A stretch of DNA of 64,000 bases from positions 1,419,216-1,483,215 of the forward strand of contig CP070695.1 of NCBI GenBank assembly GCA_020353515.1, in the 5' to 3' direction. The notes beneath the pieces are model-generated. The model was not told the origin of the DNA. It saw only the letters and a list, made by a program, of their open reading frames with translations, and ran no database searches. Positions within the stretch are counted from its first letter, which is position 1. Each line of letters begins with the position of its first letter. Made by a program: the position numbers and the translations under genes. This document shows positions 29,328-38,753 of the stretch, piece by piece. Source of the DNA: Candidatus Heimdallarchaeota archaeon. Its GTDB lineage: Archaea > Asgardarchaeota > Heimdallarchaeia > Hodarchaeales > Hodarchaeaceae.

Positions 29328-31283
29328 ATGAATAAGTCTCAATTTAGATTACTAATGGTTTTATCAATTTTCTTACTATTTGTCAATCCTTTTTCATTAT
29401 CAAATGGAAAATATTCTAATCCTAATAAGATAGATGCAGAAAGCAATCCTCCTACGGTGATGATTATTAATCCAGCTCAAACAACTGTGGGAGATACTGT
29501 TACAATTCATTTTGATGCAACTGATGAAAGTAGGATTGTTGATTTTGAAGTACAGATCGATAGTGTTGCAGTAAATCGTGACAATATAATTCGAAAAGAC
29601 AATTACTTCATATATTATTGGGATACGGATGCTGAGACTGCTGGGTCACATAATCTGAAAACCCGAGTAAAAGATGAGTTTGATAATTGGGGAGAAGCAG
29701 ACATGACAGTTACTGTTGATAAAACGTATGAATCGGGTGTCATAAAAATTTTGAATTGGAATATCGATGGGAATCGTCAAGATGACAAACGATGGATTCC
29801 AGTTGCAAAAGCAGAAAATGCTGATATCATGTTTCTAGATGAGATCGGCCCTTGGACTGATACTCCAAGTATGTTCACCAACTCTTTAAATGAATTAAAT
29901 GATTTCTTTTCAGACGAGGAACCTTACGCTGCAGAGTATGAATCGAGTGGGAGGATTGTAGAAGGTCATTCTATTTGGAGTCGTTTTCCTATTGTTGATA
30001 TAGAAAATTTTGAACATGGAGTTTTTGACAATGGTACAGATTATGAGCTATATAGGGACGCTCTTCACGCTATCATCGAAATAGGGGAAACTTATGTTCA
30101 TTTTGTTGGTGTCCATCTGAAGTGCTGTGATAATTTTGATATAGTCCGAGAAAATGATATGGAAGCTCTAATCAACTTTATTGACTCTCTAGGCCCCGTT
30201 CCAGTGATATTCTTAGGGGATTTTAACACTTTTTCCCCTTATGATGTTGGTGATGTCGCTCCAAATCCTGGAACCAATTTAGGTGCCAACTTAGGAATTG
30301 GTCCAATAACATTTCTATTAAATCAGTCTCACCCTCTGGCTCCCAAAAATCATACTTGGATCGATGTATTTCGTGAATTAGATCCTCATAATCCTGGATT
30401 CACTTGGTATGATGATCAATATAAAAGCAGAATCGACCATATTTTTGTAAATGAATTTTTCTTTGATAAATTGATCAATACAACTGTTTTTGATACCCCC
30501 GCCGAACAAGGTGTCTTCCTTAGCTCAGATCACCGTTCTCTAGACGTTTTCATAAACATGGATGCATCAACAACTGACCTACGCCCCCCAACGAGGGTTC
30601 ACAAGGTTACAGGGACATTGGTTGATGCTACAGGAGTTGATTTAACATGGGCTCCAAACAATGAATCAGACTTTTCACATTACAACGTTTATCGAAATGA
30701 ATCATTAATGTCTCAAGAGCTTACGAATCAATATGAAGATGAGAACTTAATATCATATACATACTATTATTACCATGTTTCAGCTACTGATACCACTAAT
30801 AACGAGGGATTCAAATCGTTCCCAATAATAGTGAACACAGCTTATGGAATCTGTAAAAAGCCAAATGCTCCTATAGTTCAAGGATCTGGAGCTAAGGGGA
30901 AAATTACTTTAACTTGGGAAGTGAATGATACTGGTGGGCTCCCTATCTTAGCCTATGCCATCAAACGACGGTATTATGACCCAGCAATTAAAATGGAAGC
31001 TGATTTTCCAAGAGGACGGGTACTTGGTAATGAAACAACTTTCATAGATCCAATGGTAGTCAGTGGAAGGACATATAGATATCTCGTTATAGCTATAAAC
31101 GAATTGGGAGAAAGCGAAGTTTCTAATATAGTGGAGGTCACAGTAGAAGAAGCTCCACCAACAACTACAGAAAAAACTATTGATCAAGAAGCTACACCCT
31201 TCAGTATAAGTTCTTTATTCCTTGGATTAGTCTTTATTGTACTAGTAGCTGGGAATTTTCGACGAAGACATCATAAAAACTAG
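29328..31283 (+). CDS. Surface-anchored endonuclease/exonuclease/phosphatase (EEP, DNase I fold) with Ig and two FN3 domains
   Basis: Signal peptide; NWNI, FLDE, HLK, LGDFN, RIDHIF, SDH catalytic motifs; FN3 repeats; TPF-TM-RRR tail. Confidence 0.9.
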   Translation: MNKSQFRLLMVLSIFLLFVNPFSLSNGKYSNPNKIDAESNPPTVMIINPAQTTVGDTVTIHFDATDESRIVDFEVQIDSVAVNRDNIIRKDNYFIYYWDTDAETAGSHNLKTRVKDEFDNWGEADMTVTVDKTYESGVIKILNWNIDGNRQDDKRWIPVAKAENADIMFLDEIGPWTDTPSMFTNSLNELNDFFSDEEPYAAEYESSGRIVEGHSIWSRFPIVDIENFEHGVFDNGTDYELYRDALHAIIEIGETYVHFVGVHLKCCDNFDIVRENDMEALINFIDSLGPVPVIFLGDFNTFSPYDVGDVAPNPGTNLGANLGIGPITFLLNQSHPLAPKNHTWIDVFRELDPHNPGFTWYDDQYKSRIDHIFVNEFFFDKLINTTVFDTPAEQGVFLSSDHRSLDVFINMDASTTDLRPPTRVHKVTGTLVDATGVDLTWAPNNESDFSHYNVYRNESLMSQELTNQYEDENLISYTYYYYHVSATDTTNNEGFKSFPIIVNTAYGICKKPNAPIVQGSGAKGKITLTWEVNDTGGLPILAYAIKRRYYDPAIKMEADFPRGRVLGNETTFIDPMVVSGRTYRYLVIAINELGESEVSNIVEVTVEEAPPTTTEKTIDQEATPFSISSLFLGLVFIVLVAGNFRRRHHKN

Positions 31284-31494
31284 TTTTATCTCTGAATAGC
31301 AATATTATTTAAAAAGAGGGAGAAATTCTTTTTTACATTAGAAATTAGTAATGCTAGTGAAGACAACACTTTTGAGATAATTTCTTAAAATTGTCTGTGT
31401 GATGAGAACGACGGTCTCCCGAGATCTGTGAATCAAATTAATTTGATTCTTAGGATTAATGACGAGAGTTGCACTTACTGACATATAAGAATTT

Positions 31495-32427
31495 ATGGGT
31501 CTAATCATGCCATTAACAATATTAGAATTCTTTCGAGAGCTCACTCCATTTGATTTCAGGATACTCTCTGTTATTGAGGTATTAATGGCAAGACATGAAA
31601 TAGTGCCCACGGAGGAGATTGCAGCCTATTTGCATTATACAGAGAAGAAAGTACAAAAGGCTTTGAATAGACTCCTTAATTATAAACTCATTTTCCTTGC
31701 CCAACGCCATTATCAGGGAGCCGCATTAACATTCTCTGGATATGACGCTTTAGCATTAAAAGCCTTAGTTGAAAAAGGAACTATTGATCAAATTGGCCCA
31801 GAGGTTGGGGCGGGGAAAGAAAGTGATATCCGTTTAGCTGTAGATGATGAGGGAAATGAATTCATAGTAAAGACGCATAGATTGGGCAAATTGGATTTTC
31901 GAGCAACTAAACGGGCTCGAGCTTTTATTGCAGAGAAGAGTCATACTTCTCCCCTTTATGAGAGTCGTTTGTCAGCAGAGCGAGAGTTTAAAGCTCTTAG
32001 TGAACTTTTCAAAGCAGGAGTGAGTGTTCCAAATCCAATAGCTCAAAATCGACATGTTGTTGCAATGCATATCATAATTGGCCAGGATTTATATAGAATT
32101 AAAAAGAATGAATTTCAATCAGACGAAGAAATATTAACATTGTTTAACAACATAATACTTGAAATGCAGAAAGCAGTGAAACAAGGTTACATTCATGGTG
32201 ATTTAAGCGAGTATAATATTCGTTTGAATGAAGAAAATTACCCAGTCTTTTTTGATTGGCCCCAATATATTGAAACTGAGTCTGAACAGGCTGAGAGAAT
32301 ATTGACTAGAGATTTGAGTAATATTCTTAACTATTTCAAGAAAAAATTCCAAATGACAGTCAAGACAAATCTATCAGAGTTATTACTGAAATATTTTGAT
32401 AACTGGGAGTTCCAATCGGTTTTGTGA
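31495..32427 (+). CDS. rio2: RIO2-type Ser/Thr kinase with N-terminal winged helix
   Basis: HEIVP, GYDALAL, GAGKESDI, HRLG, IHGDLSEYNI, FDWPQ. Confidence 0.93.
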   Translation: MGLIMPLTILEFFRELTPFDFRILSVIEVLMARHEIVPTEEIAAYLHYTEKKVQKALNRLLNYKLIFLAQRHYQGAALTFSGYDALALKALVEKGTIDQIGPEVGAGKESDIRLAVDDEGNEFIVKTHRLGKLDFRATKRARAFIAEKSHTSPLYESRLSAEREFKALSELFKAGVSVPNPIAQNRHVVAMHIIIGQDLYRIKKNEFQSDEEILTLFNNIILEMQKAVKQGYIHGDLSEYNIRLNEENYPVFFDWPQYIETESEQAERILTRDLSNILNYFKKKFQMTVKTNLSELLLKYFDNWEFQSVL

Positions 32428-34628
32428 TTATGCCAGAATCATCTGTTATTTTTGGATTAGATATACTAGCTCGATCTAATAGGCCTAGTAAGGGGTCTAT
32501 CTTTTCACTTGTTGTTTTAACACGAGAACGTATAGATAAATATCTTAAAATCAATAGAAGAACATTATTTAATAAGATTGAAGATTTAAAGCCTGATTAC
32601 ATCGCCATGGATAACATCTTTGAGTTATCACCTAGCGCAAAAGGCATTACACGATTTCTCCAGAAAATTCCCCCACAAACAATGCTAGTTCAAGTTACAG
32701 GATCTCCACGGAGCGGGATGGAGAAGATCACTACACTTATTCGAAAGCATAGGTTGAAGAAAGAACTAAGTTTTCCTTTTGGTTCTCAGAAAATGAATTC
32801 TCTAGAAACAGCAGAGGTTTGTGCCCGCTTATGTCAAAAACATATTGGATATGAGATACTGGCTTTTGAAGAAGAGATTAGAATCCGTGTGTCTAAGAAG
32901 AAAAGTCATGGACGAGGTGGTTGGTCAGCTCCACGTTATGAGCGGATCAGTCGTGCTGCTGTCACACAAGCGGGGAATGAAGTCGAATCGATTTTACGTA
33001 GAAAAAGTACTACGTGGGACGTGTTTGAATATCCTCAACGAAGAGTTTACATTGTTCAACTTGAAAAAAATTTGATTTCCGAAATTCAAACTCTGATTAA
33101 ACCGCTGACAACTGAGCTTGTACGAGTGACATTAGAACGAATATCGAAATCAAACCTTGATTTTCAACCCCTTGATGTTGACATTGCACCAACAAGCCTC
33201 TCTCTTAGAAATATCATATTAGGAGTTGATCCTGGCACAACTACTGGAATAGCTGTCATAGATTTGATGAAAGGGAATTTATTATACTTAAATTCTAAAC
33301 GGGAGTGTGGTATCTCAACAATTATTAGAACTGCGTCAAAATTTGGAAAGATATGTTGTGTTGCGGCTGATGTGATCCCCATCCCTGCAGCAGTTGAAAA
33401 AATCGCAAAAATTACTGGTGCTAAATTGATAGCTCCTACTGTTCTGGTATCAGCGGCTGCTAAAAGAGAATATTTGTATGATTACAGAGATAAAACAGTT
33501 AATTATAGTCACCTGAATTCACATGAGAGGGATGCACTTTTTGGAGCAATTAAGGCGTTTAATTCGCTGAAAGAGCAGCTTACTAAGATAAATCAGACAG
33601 TTAGAGGTTCTCATCCAGAATTAGTGCCAAAACTTCCTGAAATTCAAAGACTTGTAATATCAGGAAACAGTATTTCCAACGCAATTGAGATGATTCAAGG
33701 GAAAGTTAGGGTTCAAAAAAGTCTTGTTCCAGAAGAAGAACCAGATCAGCTGACTTTATCATTAAAACACGAGAATGAAATACTACAAACAAAAATTGAG
33801 GCAATTTATGAAGAAATGGATAAACTAGACCAAGAAGCCGCGTTCTGGCGAAAGCAAGCCCGCGAAAAAACGGTCAGGATAAAAGAATGGAAGGATAAAT
33901 ATGAGCAAGAACGATTAAAACGCTCCAATCAGATGCAAAAAAGAATTAGCGAGGCTGTAGAGCGGGAAGTAGGTCGAATACAGGAAGAAAATCAAGAAAT
34001 TCGGCGAATATTACGTCAAAACCAACAAGAAATGGAAAAACTCAAACAAATTCGAAACTTCTGGGTACAGGGACGGGAAATACCATTAAAAGTTATGAAT
34101 TCGTTTACTGATTCTGCTATAAGAGAAACAGAAGAAAATTATGGTCTAAATGAGGGAGATCTAGTTTTAGTTCTTGATCCAAGCGGTGGAGGGGCTCAAA
34201 CAGCTCAAAAAATGATTGATATTGGCATTAAAGGCATAATTGTTCCGGAAAAAGCCGCCAAATTCTCAGACCAGGCGATTAATCAATTTCGAGATAATTG
34301 TGTTCCATGTCTTTACCTACCTCTCAAAGATTTTTCTGAGAGAACAAGGATCTTAGATCCATCAAAACTTGAATTATGGGTTTATGATGGTCTCTACTTA
34401 ACTGATATCGGGATCAAGGAAGAAATTAGAAAGAAAGAACTGAAACTTCGTGAAATTCTCCGCCAAAAAAGAATTGCTATAAGTAAAAAGGTTAAACGAT
34501 CATCTAAACCACAATTAAGTAATGAATTCGATATTGATAAAATTCTAAATGATTTCAAAGACGATTATAAGGCACAATATTTTCCAGATCTTGATGACAG
34601 AACCAAATCTTCAGCAGAAGAAGAATGA
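32424..34628 (+). CDS. DUF460 protein (RNase H-fold domains plus coiled coil)
   Basis: IFGLDI, AMDNIFEL, LVQVTG, GRGGWS, ILGVDPGTTTGIAVID, NSHERDAL, long coiled coil. Confidence 0.85.
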   Translation: MIMPESSVIFGLDILARSNRPSKGSIFSLVVLTRERIDKYLKINRRTLFNKIEDLKPDYIAMDNIFELSPSAKGITRFLQKIPPQTMLVQVTGSPRSGMEKITTLIRKHRLKKELSFPFGSQKMNSLETAEVCARLCQKHIGYEILAFEEEIRIRVSKKKSHGRGGWSAPRYERISRAAVTQAGNEVESILRRKSTTWDVFEYPQRRVYIVQLEKNLISEIQTLIKPLTTELVRVTLERISKSNLDFQPLDVDIAPTSLSLRNIILGVDPGTTTGIAVIDLMKGNLLYLNSKRECGISTIIRTASKFGKICCVAADVIPIPAAVEKIAKITGAKLIAPTVLVSAAAKREYLYDYRDKTVNYSHLNSHERDALFGAIKAFNSLKEQLTKINQTVRGSHPELVPKLPEIQRLVISGNSISNAIEMIQGKVRVQKSLVPEEEPDQLTLSLKHENEILQTKIEAIYEEMDKLDQEAAFWRKQAREKTVRIKEWKDKYEQERLKRSNQMQKRISEAVEREVGRIQEENQEIRRILRQNQQEMEKLKQIRNFWVQGREIPLKVMNSFTDSAIRETEENYGLNEGDLVLVLDPSGGGAQTAQKMIDIGIKGIIVPEKAAKFSDQAINQFRDNCVPCLYLPLKDFSERTRILDPSKLELWVYDGLYLTDIGIKEEIRKKELKLREILRQKRIAISKKVKRSSKPQLSNEFDIDKILNDFKDDYKAQYFPDLDDRTKSSAEEE

Positions 34629-34735
34629 CAACTCATTATCATGATCTTAATAAAGAAAAATTTTTAGAATTAATATTTAAAACGACTGAATTAAAGGAAT
34701 TTTTATCATTTATGCTTCAAAGAGGAAATATAACG

Positions 34736-34954
34736 ATGTCACAGCCATTGCAAACGTTAGAAAAATCTGTGGGGAAAGTAATTACGGTCCAACTAAAAAG
34801 TAATCAGCAATACACTGGACGTCTCCGAATCACAGACCAATATATGAACCTGATTTTGGAAGACTGTTCTGAAGTTGAAGATGGGAAAATTAGCAAGCGT
34901 TATGGACAAGCGTTTCTTAGAGGAAATAATATTCTTTTCATAAAAATAGAATAA
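34736..34954 (+). CDS. Sm-like (SmAP/LSm) RNA-binding protein
   Basis: PLQTLEKSVGK...DQYMNLIL...RGNNIL. Likely ATG at 34736 after GAGG. Confidence 0.92.
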   Translation: MSQPLQTLEKSVGKVITVQLKSNQQYTGRLRITDQYMNLILEDCSEVEDGKISKRYGQAFLRGNNILFIKIE

Positions 34955-35040
34955 ATAATTAATAGTCCTCAATATAGAAGGATTGACAAATCAGAACTAG
35001 AGTGAAAATCACTCTACCTCATATAGATGTGTGAATTTTT

Positions 35041-35760
35041 ATGAGTAGGGCATTGATTCCAATTGGTGTGCCAGTTATAGATGAATTCATAACTGGTATT
35101 CCACGGGATACTCTTATTCTGATATTAGGCGATCCTGGATCAGGGTTCATCACATTTATGCATCAGCTGTTAGTTACACGTGCGAGAAGTGGTGTTCCTG
35201 CTATTTACACTTCACTAGATAAACCAGAAAGTGAAATTCGGCATGATTTGGCTACTTTTGGATGGAAACTCGATAAACTAACTTGGCAATTCAATGATCT
35301 AAGTCCATTTACACGAAAACGAGAGGCGCGAACTCTTCAGTGGGAAGGAGACGCTGTGAATATCGTCTCTCATAATTTATTTCGAAAAATATTAGAATTC
35401 AAGGAAGCCCGGGGAATTACTGCTTTTGATTCCGTGGTTAATACAGTAACTTACATGCTCATTCAGTCTTCTTTAAAGTCAGTTTTGCGTTTTCTAAATG
35501 AATACTCTACGGCGATAAAAGGTACAAATGGTTGGCACTTCCTCACAATGGTACGAGGTGTTCATGGGATTGATGTTGAAAATATCTTTTCTCATTATAG
35601 TGATGTGGTTTTAGAGTTTGCATTGACTCTTAATACAGAGACAAGATTATATGAGAGGGTGTTAGGAATTAAAAAATTGTTAGGTGTTGATTCTCGAGTA
35701 TTTCCTATTGAATTTGATAGACATGGGATAAGACCAATAACTACCTCGAAGATTCAATGA
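35041..35760 (+). CDS. KaiC/RAD55-like RecA-superfamily protein with degenerate Walker motifs
   Basis: PIGVPVIDE..GIPRDTLILILGDPGSGFIT (K replaced by F), DVVLEF, RVLGIKK, GI. Confidence 0.8.
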   Translation: MSRALIPIGVPVIDEFITGIPRDTLILILGDPGSGFITFMHQLLVTRARSGVPAIYTSLDKPESEIRHDLATFGWKLDKLTWQFNDLSPFTRKREARTLQWEGDAVNIVSHNLFRKILEFKEARGITAFDSVVNTVTYMLIQSSLKSVLRFLNEYSTAIKGTNGWHFLTMVRGVHGIDVENIFSHYSDVVLEFALTLNTETRLYERVLGIKKLLGVDSRVFPIEFDRHGIRPITTSKIQ

Positions 35761-36715
35761 TCTGAGCTCTAATTATATTTTGACGAAGATCGATCATATC
35801 CTCTAAGATTTTCTCAGGTGTTTTTCTAAATTCAAGGAATAAAGATGTGACACTTGTAGCAAATGCAGCTGCATCAAGTTCATTTTGAAATGCCATTAAA
35901 TGGGTAATGAAACAAAAAAGGAATATATCTCCTGCTCCTGTTTCATCAACAATTATACCTTCTGTGTAAGCAGGGACATCAAATATACAAATATCTTTCT
36001 GGCTTTTATATCCCAATATTGCACCGTTTCTTCCTCGAGTAAGAATTACAGAGGTGATTGGTGTTTCCAAAATCTTTTTTACAACTTCTATAGGAAGGAT
36101 GCCAAGGCCTAAATATTTAGATTCAATTTCAGATATCTGAAGACAGTCAACAATTTCCAGAATCCTAGAATCCCACCAATTGCGAAATTCTATCTTCCCT
36201 TCTGATGTGAGGTAACGAAAACAGCCTTGAGGATCAAAAGCAATGTAAGAACACTTTTTTCTCAAGAAACTAAAGAGTTTAATGTCATTAAATTCATGAA
36301 AAGTGGATCCAATAATCACCACTGGCGATTCTTTAAATTCCCAATTAAAATCTGTTGGATTAAACTGTACTGGGGGATCTTTTAAAGATAACATTCTTTC
36401 TTTTTTGTCACTTGGATATTCTAAGCGAAACTGAGGGCATTTGGGTTGTATTTTCAGATTATTCAAATTCATTTGATATTTTGGGTAATTTTTCAATAAA
36501 GAAATCGCTTTGGGGCAAGTATAAGCGTAGATTAATGGTGGATAAATCCAAGAGTACATTTTTGAAAGAATTGCCCCTATAATTCCCGCAAAAGATGGAG
36601 GCCCTCCTATTGTTTGATTAGTTTGATTGTTAACTCGAGATCGGTTTTGGTCATTATGAATCACAGTATCTAATACCATTTGGCCAAGAGCTATGGTAGG
36701 TCTCCTATTTCTCAC
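35741..36715 (-). CDS. PfkB-family carbohydrate/nucleoside kinase
   Basis: IGGPP, FDPQG, ILTRGRNGA, DETGAGDIF. Confidence 0.88.
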   Translation of the reverse strand: MRNRRPTIALGQMVLDTVIHNDQNRSRVNNQTNQTIGGPPSFAGIIGAILSKMYSWIYPPLIYAYTCPKAISLLKNYPKYQMNLNNLKIQPKCPQFRLEYPSDKKERMLSLKDPPVQFNPTDFNWEFKESPVVIIGSTFHEFNDIKLFSFLRKKCSYIAFDPQGCFRYLTSEGKIEFRNWWDSRILEIVDCLQISEIESKYLGLGILPIEVVKKILETPITSVILTRGRNGAILGYKSQKDICIFDVPAYTEGIIVDETGAGDIFLFCFITHLMAFQNELDAAAFATSVTSLFLEFRKTPEKILEDMIDLRQNIIRAQIIESSR

Positions 36716-36887
36716 TTAAGTCAACTCACATAAATTAAGTAGAAAATACAGTAAGGTTTAAATTTTTGCTAAATGTTAAATCTATTATTCGAGAATGGGT
36801 ATTGAATTAACCAGAAACCCTGTTCTATAAACCATATGGAATAATATGCTGTCTTAAGACTTTATGGGTTTCTTTGAAGGTGGAAAC

Positions 36888-37322
36888 ATGGCTTTTGCGC
36901 TTACAGTTGAACAAAAGAAGAAATTAATTAAATTATTACAAGAAATAGTTCGGTATGCAGATCTGGAAGCATTGGCGTTAGTCACCCGAACTGGGATGAG
37001 CGTTGCATTTTTCTCAGAGAAGGATGCCGATCCTGATTTATTCTCCGCGTTATCTGCAGCGGTACTGAGCACGGGTGGGATGGTTGTAGATAGAATGGAT
37101 CATGGACATTTATGGGAAGTATTGGTTCGTGGTGAGAAGGGTTACACCGTATTAAGTTCAGCCGAGGATTTTATCTTAATAGGAGCTTCTAACGAAGCCC
37201 ACTCTTTAGGATTAGCGATTAGAGTACTCCGTAGATATTCGCGAAAAATACCAGAAATCTTCAAAGAAGAAGAAAAAGATATTTCAAGTCTGGTATCTGA
37301 ACTTAAGGATTTACTAAGTTAG
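36888..37322 (+). CDS. Roadblock/LC7 domain protein
   Basis: LEALALVTRTG, LFSALSAAVLS, EVLVRGEKGY, SLGL. Confidence 0.9.
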   Translation: MAFALTVEQKKKLIKLLQEIVRYADLEALALVTRTGMSVAFFSEKDADPDLFSALSAAVLSTGGMVVDRMDHGHLWEVLVRGEKGYTVLSSAEDFILIGASNEAHSLGLAIRVLRRYSRKIPEIFKEEEKDISSLVSELKDLLS

Positions 37323-37357
37323 GCCCTAAAACTGGCTAATTAAAGGAATAATTTCTT

Positions 37358-38014
37358 TTGGTATCCCTTTTTCTCTTACTTTTTTCTTTGGACCTCTTAT
37401 TTATAGCAGTTGTAAGTTCATTAGATGGGTTCCTGCTGCTTATACTACTCATTCCTTGGACGCTTCTTATCTACATGGTTTTATGCTTCAAAGGTATACG
37501 CTTTTCAACAAATGATGAGCTTCAACAGCTAGCAGGTAGACTTTATTGGATTAGTCAAGGGATTTTTCAAAGTACAGTAATCGCTGTTATGAATATCATT
37601 CTAGGGATAATTATTGTCCCCGATTTGAGTTTAGCACAGTTTGAAAACAATTTTGGGATGTTTACCTCAGTTCTTGTTTTTTTGTTGTTACCTTTCCCTA
37701 GTTTTCTCATCTTGAATATGAAAAAAATGGATCAAGAACAATTATATAGCCTAATTTATCAGGAAATGGTTCAAAGGGGTGAGGCACCCGAATTCGTTGA
37801 ATTAACATCTGAACTTCTCACAATGAAAGAACGTTATACAGAGGAATACATAAATAGATTAACAAAAGTTCGAGATTATGTTTATCAATACATTCACCAA
37901 ACTTTTCCTCAAATATCTCCCTATTTTCTTCAAGAACAGAACCACCATCTGAATCTAGAAAACTTAGCTTTTTTTATTACTAGGAATATAACTTCACTAG
38001 AGAAAGAGTTTTAG
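37358..38014 (+). CDS. Hypothetical membrane protein (about 4 TM helices)
   Basis: Hydrophobic N-terminal half and a soluble helical tail. Confidence 0.65.
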   Translation: MVSLFLLLFSLDLLFIAVVSSLDGFLLLILLIPWTLLIYMVLCFKGIRFSTNDELQQLAGRLYWISQGIFQSTVIAVMNIILGIIIVPDLSLAQFENNFGMFTSVLVFLLLPFPSFLILNMKKMDQEQLYSLIYQEMVQRGEAPEFVELTSELLTMKERYTEEYINRLTKVRDYVYQYIHQTFPQISPYFLQEQNHHLNLENLAFFITRNITSLEKEF

Positions 38015-38236
38015 GCCAATTTTACAGTATATTCATGCTATTTGAAAGGGTTTTACTAAGGAAAAATAATCCATAAAGGTATCTAGTAAAGGAAAAACAC
38101 ATTTTATTTTCTAATGTAACGAAGAAGTGTAAAATGATATAGCTACATTATCAATGAATATTCTCATAAAAAATTAATTAATGCATTCTGAAAGCGTTAG
38201 TACAGAATTTTTTTGTTAAAAAATGAGGTTTCCTCT

Positions 38237-38512
38237 TTGGGTAAGAAACGTAAGTCTGGTGGGCGAAGCAAGGGCAAAAAAGGGACTCTTTCAAAGGTTC
38301 AATGTTCATCCTGCCGTCGAATGATACCACGTGATAAAGCTAAACGAAAAACAAGTTATAAAGCTCTTGTTGATTTTACAATCGGAAAAGAACTACGGCA
38401 ACAAGGTGCTCATGTCCCTCGTGTTCCATATGTAAGGTATTATTGTGTGTCATGTGCAATTCACAGACATCACGTGAAAATTCGCGCAGAAGACGAACGA
38501 AAAAGCCGCTAA
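38237..38512 (+). CDS. rps26e: Ribosomal protein eS26
   Basis: KKRKSGGRSKG, CSSC, IPRDKAK, YCVSCAIH, VKIR. TTG start at 38237. Confidence 0.96.
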   Translation: MGKKRKSGGRSKGKKGTLSKVQCSSCRRMIPRDKAKRKTSYKALVDFTIGKELRQQGAHVPRVPYVRYYCVSCAIHRHHVKIRAEDERKSR

Positions 38513-38534
38513 AAAATTAAGATAGCTGTGAGGT

Positions 38535-38654
38535 GGATCCGTGGCTCAGCCTGGATAGAGCGTCTGGCTTCGGAAGGTAAAACCTGTTCTTTCATTGAAA
38601 GTAATAATACCTGAAGTAACCAGAATGTCGTGGGTTCAAATCCCTCCGGATCCG
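38535..38654 (+). tRNA. tRNA-Arg(TCG) with a 45-nt intron (38574-38618) at canonical 37/38
   Basis: Acceptor GGATCCG/CGGATCC, anticodon stem TCTGG/CCAGA, T-loop TTCAAAT. BHB motif: CTTC/GAAG helix, GGA and TAA bulges, AGGTA/TACCT. Confidence 0.95.
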
Positions 38655-38753
38655 CTATACTCTAGGTAGAATCCATTTGGAGTAATCATCACTAGCAAAA
38701 AATGGGTTGAGCTAATAGGAACTTGTTCCTACTAGATACTCTTACTCTAGTGA

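Noticed and set aside
38574-38618. C/D box guide RNA inside the tRNA-Arg intron
   Set aside because: A CTGA occurs, but it overlaps the BHB helices and there is no box C (RTGATGA).
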